DNA from: Octopus sinensis
Taxonomy: Eukaryota
Assembly: GCF_006345805.1 (NCBI RefSeq)
Contig: NC_043002.1
Coordinates: 110,980,001 to 111,044,000 of the forward strand
Direction of reading: 5' to 3'
DNA length: 64,000 nt
Position 1 is the stretch's first letter. The number at the start of each line of letters is the position of its first letter. Below are positions 36,341 to 51,423 of the stretch, piece after piece. A program made the position numbers and the translations under genes. The notes beneath the pieces were generated by a model. The model was not told the DNA's origin, ran no database searches, and saw only the letters and a list, made by a program, of their open reading frames with translations.

Positions 36341-37087
36341 ATAACTATTTAGTATAAATAATACTTTGAAACAGAGCTTTTGTGACTAAGGGGTTAATAT
36401 ATCAATCTTCTAAACTGCCATGAGTTCATAATGCAGACAATTTGCATAGATCAAATATAAGTACCCTCCTGTAGTTGATAAGAGAAAGGAAATCCCCGTA
36501 TAAATCTGTTCCAATGTATGTAATTATCTGAGTGCAAACTGATTTTCTGTACACTCATCCATTGTATTGAATAGATTTCCTGGTGAAAGGTTAATATTTC
36601 TACGTAGCAAGCATATACTTAGAACTGGGTGTTGCACCTTTCTCGGTTGATATTTTTGTTGGTCCTCTTCTTCTGAGACACTTAAAGATATTTTTAGATT
36701 TGGTTTCAAAGTGTCAGCCTAGTTAGGATACTAGTCTAAAGCAAGTATTTCTCTCTGCTCTAGTATCTATCTCCAAAAGACAGGTGAATTGAGGCATTTG
36801 ATTTTCATTGGACTACCCAATGCATAATGAGATACCTGTATTCTAGAACTGTAGTGGTTTGTTTTTTAATAGGATTGCATGCAATCCCATGTTAAAACTT
36901 GCTCTGGATTGATTTTGCTATATTGATTACTTAAAGCAAAACACACATAAATATTCAAAACATACATAGTTTACGATAAATTATCATAATCAATGGTACA
37001 CTGGCTTGCCTGCTCCTATCAAACCATCCAACCCATGCCAGCATGGAAGATGGATGTTAAATGCTGATGATAACATATTTTAAATTA

Positions 37088-37208
37088 CTGTATTTTAACA
37101 TGTATAAGGAACCCCCTAATTTTTTGGGCTTAAAATTTGGGAAAAAGATTTTGTAAGGGATTATAATACTATCCATGTATTTTTTAACCTAATTTTTGAC
37201 AAATACGG
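37088..37208. mobile_element. Short Tc1/pogo-type MITE
   Basis: TA|CTGTATTT ... AAATACGG|TA termini. Confidence 0.45.
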
Positions 37209-38603
37209 TAAATACAAAATTTAATGTTTATGGGAATAAATTGTTATTGAACTAGCAACAATAGTCTAATAATTAAAAATATTGTTCAGTTCTAGCTAAC
37301 TGAAATTGTATAAATATTAATTACATATTCACACTGAAAACTTTGATCTTTACTTTTGGAGTACGTCTGGCATAAATGTTTACCCATTTATACATAGATA
37401 AATTACAGTATTTGTTGTAACAAAAACAGCTGTAAAAATATTCTGTGTAATGCATTGGACTGACTGCTTTTACAGCATTTGTTCTGACTCTTTGCTCTGA
37501 GTTCAATTCCCAAGTTTTTCAGCTTTTTCAAGGTTGATAAAAAGTACCAGTCCAGAGTGGTGGATTGGTGGAACTAAATGAACGTGTACCTTGAGATAGA
37601 TCTTTTGGGTTTTTCTTTTTATCTTCTGAATTCAAATCCTTCCATGAACTTAAATGGGTGGTAGATTTAATCTATCACCCAATTTTACACCAATTGGTAA
37701 CTTGCATCTTTGTTACTGGTTTTCAAGTCGGGTCTCTGGTTTGAAGATTCTTTATATCTTCCTCTCTCCCTCCCTTCCACCTGTCTCAGAAGCCCTGGAA
37801 AATGGGTCATGGGCACTACCTTCCCTCCTGACTGAAAAGATATTAAAAAATGAATTGTTTATCCCCAGGTCATTCCTGATCAGATGTGATCATGAATGCT
37901 ATGACCTTTCTATCATTCTGTCAGGCTTAGTGTATTCCTGTGCTATCTACCTCACATTTCCTTACTGGTATGACGTAATTTTGAGTGAGATTTGGCTGCA
38001 ATTTCTATCATGTAGAATGACTGTACAAAGGGCTTTTCTTGGTGTGTCTGTCTATTGTATGTGTTTCAGTGGATGGGCATATGTTTCTGAGAAGCATTAC
38101 TTTTCATGCGAAGAATAAGAAATTATTAGATGTTTCTTCATTAAAGGCTTTTACTCTTTGAAGATTTCATGAATCATTTCTCTGATCAATATGAATTTTT
38201 GGTTAATAGTTTTTATCACAAAATGTTCCCTTCAGTTTTAAAAATTTAAAACTGCGTTGTTATAAAAATTAAAAAACAAAGTTAATATAATATATCACTT
38301 CCAATTTATTTCTTCAAACCTATTAGAATTTTCAATTAAAAAAAAAAAAAAAGAAAACTTATGCAGAAGATTAAATGAGAATGAAAAAGAAATTGATTCT
38401 TTTTAATTTCAAGACATTAACCAATTGATAATCTCCGTCTTCGAAAATATTTATTTGTATGAGGCCTTTTTATTGTTTTCTGTGCAAGTTTCTCCTTAAT
38501 ACTTCTGCTTTCCACCAAATGCAAAAATTTCTCAGAATACAATTTGTTCTGAATTATTTTGATAGTAATCAATTTTATTGTGTGAATGCATATGTATGTG
38601 TGT

Positions 38604-38975
38604 AGATGTAGCTGTGTGGTTAAGAAGTTTGGTTTGTTACCCCATAATTTTGGGTTCAATTGCCATTGCATGGCTGTTTTTGGAATGTGTCTTCTGTAAT
38701 ATCCTTAACTTATTCAAAGCCTTGTAAGTGAAATTTGGTAAGCTGGAAGTTGTGTGTATGCTCGTTAAAAATAGCTGAATCAGCATGTCAAGGAGAAGTT
38801 ACTTTTTGGTATTTGGTTTGCTCCTTTGTGCTCAGGTTCACTTTGTCTTTTGTTCTTTATAAGAGCAACAAAATATGTACCTAGGTACTGAGGTTGACAT
38901 ATTATGGACTAAAACACTTGAGATGGGGCCCTAGTATGGATAAAATCTAATAACTGAAGGCATTAAAAGATAAAA
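38604..38975 (+). mobile_element. Highly diverged SINE family A
   Basis: GTAGCTGTGTGGTTAAGAAGTTT head, AAAGCCTTGTAAGTGAAATTTGGTA body and a decayed tail. Confidence 0.6.
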
Positions 38976-38984
38976 GTAGAAAAA

Positions 38985-39376
38985 TCATATATGTATATAA
39001 AAGTAAGGTTCTGTGCTGTCTGTCTCCTATGATTTAGATTCCTAGCTACTCCCACATTTTGCGTTGCAGTTTAACCAAAACCGGGTATCTTATAGTCGTG
39101 ATTCATATCGAGCCCTTCTGGGTATTAGCATGAGTCTATGATTTAAAAAAGAATTTACCATCATTTTTTCCCATTTTAATCCATTTTTTCGCTATTATAT
39201 AAGGGAAGTAACTCTCTAAAAATGTCTACGATGAGTCAACGATTTAAACAAAAATTTACCATAATTTTTCCCCCATTTTTAATGCATTTTTTTTGCTATT
39301 TTTTGGCTATAACTCTAAAAATGCTTATATAGTTATTTCCCTTACAAACCCGAGCAACGCCGGGCGATACTGCTAG
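38985..39376 (+). mobile_element. Non-autonomous Helitron H1
   Basis: Homologous to 26994-27393, with hairpin and CTAG|T end. Confidence 0.9.
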
Positions 39377-39784
39377 TGTGTATATAAATGTGTGTGTGGT
39401 ATGTACACATACTCCTGCATATGTATATAAAATGTATGTGTAATATATTTCGTGACAGTTTTACTCAGCGCCATATGACTTTTAGGGTGAATTCATCTCA
39501 TCAGATGTCTAGAGAAGAGCCAACAGTTAAAATATTTATATAACTTGTACCAAATGTGTTGAATGCCACTTTCTTTCATTTGTACACTCACCGTGTCTAA
39601 GGAAGGATAAAGCGATAAGAGTTATGTGATCAGTGCTCCTTTGTCATTCCCTTAATTTCAAATTATGCGCTGTACTCATCTAATACTTTATTCTAAAGCA
39701 TAGGTATATTGAGTTATAACTACAGGTTATTAATATTGCTATTCCTAACTGAAATTCTATCTATCCGTATGCATATGGATAGAT

Positions 39785-40170
39785 GGGCGCAGGAGTGGCT
39801 GTGTGGTAAGTAGCTTGCTAACCAACGACATGGTTCTGGGTTCAGTCCCACTGCGTGGCATCTTGGGCAAGTGTCTTCTGCTATAGCCCCGGGCCGACCA
39901 ATGCCTTGTGAGTGGATTTGGTAGACGGAAACTGAAAGAAGCCTGTCGTATATATGTATATATATATATGTGTGTGTGTGTGTTTGTCCCCCTAGCATTG
40001 CTTGACAACCGATGCTGGTGTGTTTACGTCCCCGTAACTTAGCGGTTCGGCAAAAGAGACCGATAGAATAAGTACTGGGCTTACAAAGAATAAATCCCGG
40101 GGTCGATTTGATCGACTAAAGGCGGTGCTCCAGCATGGCCGCAGTCAAATGACTGAAACGAGTAAAAGAG
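39785..40170 (+). mobile_element. SINE family A, full length
   Basis: Runs from the GGCGCAGGAGTGGCTGTGTGG head to the GACTGAAACGAGTAAAAGAG tail. Confidence 0.9.
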
Positions 40171-40797
40171 TATATGTAGTATCAGTAAGGATCTTATCAA
40201 ATACGAATTAAAAAAAAAGAATATTTCTTTTAATGAAGTATGACGCTACATTTTATAGGAAAGAGGTATTTGTAATTAGTTAACTCCAACTAATTACTGG
40301 TAATTATCTTATTGTTTCCAAAGGGATAAAAGGGCAAAATATCTAAACCATTGTTGCATTTGCTATAAAGATCGTTATAATTTCTGTACTGTCGTTATGT
40401 AAAGTGTTGAGTTGAATTTCAGTTGCTGTCATTACAATGGATCCCTATAATTATTTCTTTGAGCAGGGTTTATTATAGAGAGACTGAATAAATGATAAGG
40501 ATTGGATGAAAAATGTCAAAAGCTGAAGCTTTAGTCCTAGGTTATAGGACAAATGATGCAGCACTTTTTTTGTGAAGAAATTTGTTCACTCTTCTCTGAT
40601 TTCATCAACATATTACTGCAGTGATAGTATGGTGGTAGAAGAGTCATGCCTAAAATGTTGAAGGGTGCTTTTGATTGAATCTTATTTTGAGCAGGATCTT
40701 TCACTAGCAATTCTTTAGTATGTTGCCTGTTTTTAAGAAGTATCCTGCCCCCTAAATTAGCTGTAATATAGCTTGAACCCAAGTTTCAGGAGTTTAA

Positions 40798-41017
40798 CCC
40801 TTTAGCATTCAGATTACTCTGTCAAATGTAAAGCCTGTTTAATTACATTGTTTTAAATTAGTTGTACAGCATCTTGTAACTCTGGGATATTGATGATGTC
40901 CCTGTTTATTTTTAGAATGACTTTGTAGGGTAGGTGTGAGAGGTCAGAGCTGGCTGGTTTGAGAATAAAACAGGAAGACAATTTTGGCCTGGTATGGCCG
41001 GTTTAAACACTAAAGGG
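40798..41017. mobile_element. piggyBac-type MITE
   Basis: TTAA|CCCTTTAG ... CTAAAGGG|TTAA. Confidence 0.85.
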
Positions 41018-41891
41018 TTAAGCAATTGGGAAGGATGCTCTTGTATTGCCACTTTTATCTACAAGGTTCTAATTCAGTGTTTATATTACAAGCTGTATTG
41101 TGTGTCTGCTGTGTGGTGGGTTTAGTGGCAGCTACTTCTCCATGTTGCCTATTTACAGTTTGGTTTAATCGACTATGAATGAAAGTTGAATGTCTTTGCG
41201 AGGGAAAACTGGCAACAGAGGTAGTAGGATACTATCTGTAAATCTTTCAGCTGGTAGGGTAAAATTGACTCAAGTTGCTTAAGCTTTGGCGAAAAATATA
41301 TAAATAGATGAAGTGGTGGTGGCTGAGATGGGCAGTTGCTTAGCTTTTGTTTGATCTGTTGTAGTTTGGTCTGCAAAGACTAAGAAGTAGAAGTGAACTG
41401 TGTATGATGTGAATTTAACAGGTTAATGGTGTTTAAATGAGGTAAGGCACCGGTTTTGAGAGATAAAATTTAAGCTATGTAGATGTGAAAAATGTGAAAA
41501 TGGTGGGTTTCCTTTAGAGTTAAAAATGTCATTGGCTTAACGGTAAAGATGAGAAAAAGCAATTCTCAAACAAAGATATAAAAATGTCTTCCCAAAATGA
41601 TTGCTATGTATTTCAAAAATACTTCATGGTCATTAGTTTTGGAATTTTATTAAACTTTGGATATTTCCATTTCATTTTTTTTCCCAGTTAATTATATAAT
41701 TTTCTTAAACTCATTTTTAAAAACTAAAACTTATATGCAGTCCTATTTTACTTTAAATAGAATCTTATTATTTCTTTTTAAGAGAGAAATCTTAAATTGA
41801 TACAAGCAGTATTTGTCAGTTCCCAACACTTTTTTTTCTCATTTTCACAATTACTTGGAATGAATATTTTTAAAGAATGGAGCACAGGTAA

Positions 41892-42286
41892 TCTTTATAT
41901 ATAAAAGTGAAGTTGTGTGTCTGTCTCCTACGATTTAGATTCCTAACTACTCCCACATTTTGCGGTGCAGTGTAACCAAAAGCGGGTATCTTATAGTCGT
42001 GATTCATATCGAACCCTTCTGGGTATTAGTGCGCGTCTACAATGAGTCTACGATTTTAACAAAAATTTACCATCATTTTTTCCCATTTTTAATGCATTTT
42101 TTTTGCTATTATATAAGGGAAGTAACTCTCTAAAAATGTATTATTAAATCTCAGAACGTAAAAAGCTACATTAACACCTCCCTTTGTGGTTAGCCATATT
42201 GAGATGGCTATTATACTTTACATATCTAAAAATGCTTATACAGTTATTTCCCTTACAAACCGAGCAACGCCGGGTGATACTGCTAG
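41892..42286 (+). mobile_element. Non-autonomous Helitron H1
   Basis: A|TCTTTATATATAAAAGTG start and CTAG|T end. Closest to 21568-21952. Confidence 0.9.
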
Positions 42287-42883
42287 TTGAGTAATAAAAA
42301 CTAGAATCTGATAGGGGTGAAACATTATGGATGTTTATTGTTGCCATTTCATTTTGTATTGCTTTGAGTTTTTATTATTGAAATTGTGACCTTAAGCTAA
42401 CATAACTAGTGTTACCTCTCAGCAAGTTATATTTTACTAAGTGTTGCTTTATAATGAGTTACTGTTTTAAGGATAGCTCTTAAACTTTTTGTAAGGATTC
42501 TGTCTACTTCCTGTTGATTCTTCTTAATAAAGAATTACTTCAACAAACCTTCTTTCAGAGTTGACCCTCCCAAAGTAATGGTGATGCTATTTTTAGCTCT
42601 GTGTAATTGATGTTCTCATATTCTGTATTGACATGAGTTTATTACTTTTGGAATCTGAAAACAGACTGATGGTGGTTCTAATCTTTGGAACATCTGAAGA
42701 GTTCCTATGAGTTTTATTTTATTTTATTTTTTTGTTAGCGTGTTCATAGCTAAACAGAAACTCAGTCTACTGGGTTTCAAACTGTTAGGCAACTAGATCG
42801 GCTTTGTGACTAAGAATTGTGATAAGAAGAGAGTATGAGAATGCAAAATAAATTTCAGGTGTGTAATATGAATACTTTGTGTG

Positions 42884-42916
<33 letters not shown>

Positions 42917-43710
42917 TGTGTGTGTGTTTGTGGATATGTTTGTGTAAGCATATGTGTATGTGTGTGTGTGTCTGTATATGTGTGTGTCTGTTTGTGGATA
43001 TGTTTGTGTAAGTATATGTGTGCGTGTGTGTGTATATATATGTGTGTGTGTTTGTGTATATATGTGTTTGTGTATAGTGTGTTTGTGTGTGTGTGTGTAT
43101 ATATATGTGTGTGTGTGTGTAAATATGTGTGTGTGTGTGTGTATATGTATATGTAAATTTGAGAAAAGGTCTGTATGTATGCATCAAAAAACAGAACTGA
43201 TTTCATTCAAATTTTAAACATAACCTAGGGTCCATGCAATGAGATAGGTCCCAAAAAATTTTGACTTCTTAGATAATGCAAGCCTGGAAAAGTCTCTTCT
43301 CTTGTACACTATTTTAATATTACGTGTTAAAAGTGATACAATAACATCTCTATTGTAATGTGAGATAATAATTTCAGTTTAATACTTTCGTTATTAGTAC
43401 TGAAATTATTATCTTGCATATATACATGCACACACACAAACACATATATGTGTATGTATATATATATATATATATATATGACGTATATATATATGGTGCA
43501 TATGTATGTGTATATATACTATATATATATATATGACGTATATATATATATATATGACGTATATATATATATATATATGGTGCATATGTATATATATATA
43601 TACGTATATATATATATATGACGTATATATATATGACGTATATATATATATGACGTATATATATATATATATGACGTATATATATATATATGACGTATAT
43701 ATATATGACG

Positions 43711-43749
<39 letters not shown>

Positions 43750-44092
43750 GACGTATGTATATATATATGACATATATATATATATGGTGCATATGTATGT
43801 ATATATATATATATGACGTATATATATATGGTGCATATGTATATATATATATATATATATATGACGTATATATATATATGGTGCATGACCCCCCCTCCCC
43901 AACTCAACTCTAGAATATCTGTATTTCTTTCCTCTACCTAATTACGTTACTCAGTGACGATAAATGCTGTGACTACAAAGACCCGGGCTGCTTTCTGCAG
44001 CAATTCCACATACCCCCTACCCATTCTAAGTACCCGGATCCCCAAAGTACCCGGATCCCAAAGTACCCCGGACCTCTTTGCCCCCGCGCCGC

Positions 44093-44345
44093 TGACACGT
44101 TAAAATGCTCGAACCGATCGTGACGATGCCGGACCCTCCGGCCCCTGTGCAGGTGGCACGTAAAAAGCACCCAATCCATCACGGAGTGGTTGGCGTTAGG
44201 AAGGGCATCCAGCCGTAGAAACTCTGCCAGGTTCAGACTGGAGCCTGGTGCGGCCCCTGGCTTCCCAGACCCGGTCAAACCGTCCAACCCGTGCTAGCGC
44301 GGAAAGCGGACGTTAAACGATGATGATGATGATGATGATGATGAT
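44093..44345 (+). mobile_element. RTE LINE 3' UTR fragment
   Basis: Conserved core and (ATG)n tail. Confidence 0.85.
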
Positions 44346-46728
44346 ATATGACGTATATATATATATATGACGTATATATATATATATATATGACGTATAT
44401 ATATATATATATGACGTATATATATATATATGACGTATATATATATATATATATGACGTATATATATATATATATATATATGACGTATATATATATATAT
44501 ATGACGTATATATATATATATGACGTATATATGTATATATATATATATGACGTATATATGTATATATATGACGTATATATGTATATATATGACGTATATA
44601 TATATATGACGTATATATATATATATGACGTATATATATATATATGACGTATATATATATATATGACGTATATATATATATATATGACGTATATATATAT
44701 ATATTATGACGTATATATATATATATATCACGTATATATATATATATGATGTATATACATATACATATGATGTATATATATATATACATATGACGTATAT
44801 ATATATATATGACGTATATATATATATTATATATATATATGACGTATATATATATATATGATGTATATACATATACATATGATGTATATATATATATACA
44901 TATGACGTATATATATATATATATATATATATGACGTATATATATGACGTATATATATATATGTGACGTATATATATATATATGTGACGTATATATATGG
45001 CATATATATATGTGACGTATATATATATATATGTGACGTATATATATGGCATATATATATATGACGTATATATATATATATGGCATATATATATATATGG
45101 CATATATATATATATTATATATATGACGAATGTATATATATATATATATATATGACGAATGTATATATATATATATATATGACGAATGTATATATATATA
45201 TATATGACGAATGTATATATATATATATATGACGAATGTATATATATATATATATATGACGAATGTATATATATATATATATGACAAATGTATATATATA
45301 TATATGACGAATGTATATATATATATATGACGATGTATATATATATATATGACGAATGTATATATATATGCCGCGTATATATATATATATACCGCGTTTA
45401 TATATATGTACCGCGTTTATATATATATACCGCGTATATATATATATGACGTATATATATATATACATATACATATGGCGCGTGTATATATATATATGAC
45501 GTATATATATACATATATATGGTGTGTATATATATATATATATATATGACGTATATATATGGCATATATATATGGCATATATATATGGCATGTATATATA
45601 TGACATATGTATATATATATGACATATATATATGTATATATATATATGACATATATATATGTATATATATATACGACATATATATGTATATATATATATG
45701 ACATATATATATGTATATATATATACAACATATATATATGTATATATATATACGGCATATATATATGTATATATATACGACATATATATATGTATATATA
45801 TACGACATATATATATGTATATATATACGACATATATATATGTATATATATACGACATATATATATGTATGTATATACGACATATATATATGTATGTATA
45901 TACGACATATATATATGTATGTATATACGACATATATATATGTATATATATATGACGTATATATATGTATATATATATGACGTATATATATGTATATATA
46001 TATGACGTATATATATGACGTATATATATGTATATATATATGACGTATATATATATGTATATATATATGACGTATATATATATGTATATATATATGACGT
46101 ATATATGTATATATATATGACGTATATATGTATATATATGACGTATATATATGTATATATATATATGACGTATATATATGTATATATATATATGACGTAT
46201 ATATATGTATATATATATATGACGTATATATATGTATATATATATGACGTATATATATGTATATATATGTATATATATATATGACGTATATATATGTATA
46301 TATATATATGACGTATATATATGTATATATATATATATGACGTATATATATGTATATATATATGACGTATATATATGTATATATATATATGACGTATATA
46401 TATGTATATATATATATGACGTATATATATGTATATATATATATGACGTATATATATGTATATATATATATGACGTATATATATGTATATATATATGACG
46501 TTATATATGTATATATATATATGACGTATATATATATATATATGACGTATATATATATATGACGTATATATATATATATATGACGTATATATATATATAT
46601 GTATATATATATCACGTATATATATGTATATATATATCACGTATATATGTATATATATATCACGTATATATGTATATATATGACGTGTATATGTATATAT
46701 ATATATGACGTGTATATGTATATATATA

Positions 46729-46875
46729 TGGCGTTAGGAAGGGCATCCAGCCGTAGAAACACTGCCAGATCTCACTGGGCCTGACGAAGCCTTCCAGCTT
46801 CACAGACCCCAGTTGACCCGTCCAACCCATGCTAGCATGGAAAGCGGACGCTAAGCGATGATGATGATGATGATG
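46729..46875 (+). mobile_element. RTE LINE 3' UTR fragment (short)
   Basis: TGGCGTTAGGAAGGGCATCC ... GGACGCTAAGCG(ATG)n. Confidence 0.85.
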
Positions 46876-47631
46876 TGTATATGTATATATATATATATGA
46901 CGTGTATATGTATATATATATAGACGTGTATATGTATATATATATATATGACGTGTATATGTATATATATATATATGACGTGTATATGTATATATATATG
47001 AAGTGTATATGTATATATTAATATACGACGTGTATATGTATATATTAATATACGACGTGTATGTATTTATATATATACGACGTGTATGTGTGTATATTCA
47101 TATATACGACGTGTATGTGTGTGTATATATATATACGACCTGTATGTGTGTATATATATATATACGACGTGTATGTGTGTAAATATATACGATGTGAATG
47201 TGTATATATATATATACGACGTGAATGTGTGTATATATATACATATATATACGACGTATATGTGTGTATATATATATACGTGTATGTGTGTATATATATA
47301 TACGACCTGTATGTGTGTATATATATATATACGACGTGTATGTGTGTAAATATATACGATGTGAATGTGTGGTATATATATATATATATACGACGTGTAT
47401 GTGTGTATATATACGACGTGTATGTGTATATATATATACAAAGTGTATATATATATATGTATACAAAGTGTATATGTATATATATATATATACAAATACA
47501 AAGTGTATATGTATATATATATATACGATGTGTATATGTATATATATATACGACATGTATATGTATATACGACGTGTATGTATATATATATATGTGACGT
47601 GTATGTATATATATAATATGTGACGTGTTTG

Positions 47632-47670
<39 letters not shown>

Positions 47671-49574
47671 GATGTGTATATGTATATATATATATATAGA
47701 CGTGTTTTATATATATATATATATGTGACGTGTGTTTGTATATATATTATATATATATATATATATATATGACGTGTATTTGTATATATATATATATATG
47801 ACGTGTATTTGTATATATATATATATATATGACGTGTATTTGTATATATATATATGACGTATGTATATATATATAACGTATGTATGTATATATATATGAC
47901 GTATGTATATATATATATAACGTATATATATATATTTAATGTATATATGTATATATATGATGTATGTATGTATATATATATATTTAATGTATATATGTAT
48001 ATATATGATGTATATAAGTATATATATATGATGTATGTATGTATATATATATATTTAATGTATATATGTATATATATGATGTATATATGTATATATATAT
48101 GACATATATATGTATATATATATGACATATATATGTATATATATATGACATATATATGTATATATATGACGTATATATGTATATATATGATGTATAAATA
48201 TGACGTATATATGTATATGTATATGATGTATAAATATGACGTATATATGTATATGTATATGATGTATAAATATGACGTATGTATATATATATGATGTATA
48301 AATATGACGTATATATGTATATATGACGTATATGTTTATATATATGACGTATATATGTATATATGACGTATATGTTTATATATATGACGTATATATGTAT
48401 ATATATACGACGTATATATGTATGTATATATACGACGTATATATATATATATATACGACGTATATATATATGTATATATACGACGTATATATGTATATAT
48501 ATATACAACGTATATGTATGTATGTATACGACGTATATGTGTATGTATATATACGATGTATATATGTATGTATATATACGACGTATATATGTTTATATAT
48601 ATACGATGTATATGTTTATATATATATGATGTATATGTGTATATATATATATATATATAGATATATATGACGTATATATGTAAATATATATATATGACGT
48701 ATATATGTAAATATATATATATGACGTATATATGTATATATATATATATACGACGTATATATGTATATATACGACGTATATATATATATGTATGTATACG
48801 ATGTATATATGTATATATATATACGACGTATATGTGTATGTATATATACAATGTATATATGTATGTATATATACGACGTATATATGTTTATATATATATA
48901 CAATGTATATATGTTTATATATATACTATGTAAATATATATACGACGTATAGATGTATATATATATACGACGTATATAGGTTTATATATATACGACGTAT
49001 ATATGTATATATAATATATACGACGTATATATGTATATATATATACGACGTATATATGTATATATATATACGACGTATATATGTATATATATATACGACG
49101 TATATGTATATATATATATCTATATATGACATATATATCTATATATGACATATATATGTATATATATGACATATATGTATATATATGACGTATATATATA
49201 TGTATATATATGACGTATATATATATGTGATATATGTGTATATATAGTGTATATATATATGTGTATATATATATGTGTATATATATATGTGTATATATAT
49301 GTGTATATATATATGTGTATATATATATGTGTATATATATGTGTATATATATGTGTATATATATGTGTATATATATGTGTATATATATGTGTATATATAT
49401 ATGTATATATATATGTATATATATATGTATATATATGTATATATGTGATGTATATATATATGACGTATATATATGTATATATATGTATATATATGTGACG
49501 TATATATATGTATATATATGTGACGTATATATATGTAAATATATGTGACATATATATGTATATATATAATAATA

Positions 49575-50448
49575 AATATTAGGGAATAAATCCAAACTTA
49601 CAGGGAAAACTCAGATTTAGGATTGAATCCAATTTTTTAGTAAAATATTTTATTATATTAAATTAGAGACAAAACCACTATTAGGCAAATCAAACAATGA
49701 AAAACTTAAGCCAATACATATGATTAATTTTTATTATTTAAATATGTAACAAAATTATTAAAAAATATAATTAATATCACACTACGATCGTTTCATGCCT
49801 GCTGTCTTCAAATTTTTGAGTCGCCGTTATTCATCAGGCGGTTTAAATATCTAAAATATAATCAATATTTTTAAGATATAAATAATATATATAATATAAT
49901 AATTTTACATATAACAAACTCTATTATTAAATATGATTATATCGAAATCAACTATAATGTTAAATATTAACTTCAATTTATAAGGTATAAACCCATATTC
50001 TAATATCAATATTAGTCTATATTTAATTACATAAATATTTAAGATGACTAATATATATAAATTATCAATGAAAATATATATAAATAAATATTATAATCAA
50101 GATCTAAAACAATCTCTATAAATAATTGTATATAATGAAAACCTAATAAATTTAATTTTTCACATTTAAAGATGAAATAGCTAATTTCAAAATACAAATA
50201 AACTAACTGAAACAGACTTTCAAAATCTTATGTAAAATACTTATAGAAATGTTCAATTCTTAGTAATATAGTATTAAATAAATACTATAAGTACTATAAA
50301 CATAATTATGAATGGGAATAATTATCTAATATAAATTATGCTATTAAATTAGACATGGCCTAAAGATTGGTCTAGGCCATGTATTGGCATAAGCTTTTTC
50401 ATTGTTTGATTTCCCTAATAGTGGTTTTGTCTCTAATTTAATATAATA
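49575..50448 (-). mobile_element. Penelope-like remnant with inverted terminal segment and degenerate hammerhead motif
   Basis: Inverted repeat 49651-49719 / 50379-50448, and minus-strand CTGATGA...GGCAT GAAAC GATC GTA at 49837-49783. Confidence 0.55.
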
Positions 50449-51376
50449 TATATATATATAACGTGTATATGTATATATATATATATGACATGTATATGTA
50501 TATATATATGACGTGTATATGTATATATATATATATATGACGTGTATATGTATATATATATATATATGACGCGTATATGTATATACATATACGACGTGTA
50601 TGTGTGTATATATATATACGACGTGTATGTGTGTATATATATATATATACGATGTGTATGTGTATATATATATACGACGTGTATGTGTGTATATATATAT
50701 ACATGTATATATATATATACGTGTATATATATATACGATGTGTACGTGTATATATATATATAAGACGTGTATGTGTGTATATATATACGACGTCTTTGTG
50801 TATATATATACGACGTATATGTGTATATATATAAGACGTATATGTGTATATATATTTATACGATGTGTATATGTATGTATATATATATATATACGAAGTG
50901 TATATGTATGTATATATATATATATACGAAGTGTATATGTATGTATATATTATATACGAAGTGTATATGTATGTATTATATATATATATATATATGACGT
51001 GTATATGTACATATATATATATACGACGTGTACATGTATACATATACGACGTGTATATATATATATATATATTACAACGTTTATATGTATATATATATAT
51101 ATACGACGTGTATATGTATATATATATATATATACGTGTATATGTATATATATATATATACGACGTGTATATGTATGTATATATATACATATACGACGTG
51201 TATATGTATATATTTATACGTGTATATGTATATATTTATACGTGTATATGTATATATATATACGACATGTATATATATATATATATATACGACGTGTATA
51301 TGTATATATATATATATATAAAGTGTATATGTATATATATTATATATACGAAGTGTATATGTATATACGACGTGTA

Positions 51377-51423
<47 letters not shown>

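Noticed and set aside
37654-38118. 154-aa ORF
   Set aside because: No recognisable domain, and it overlaps old repeat family D.
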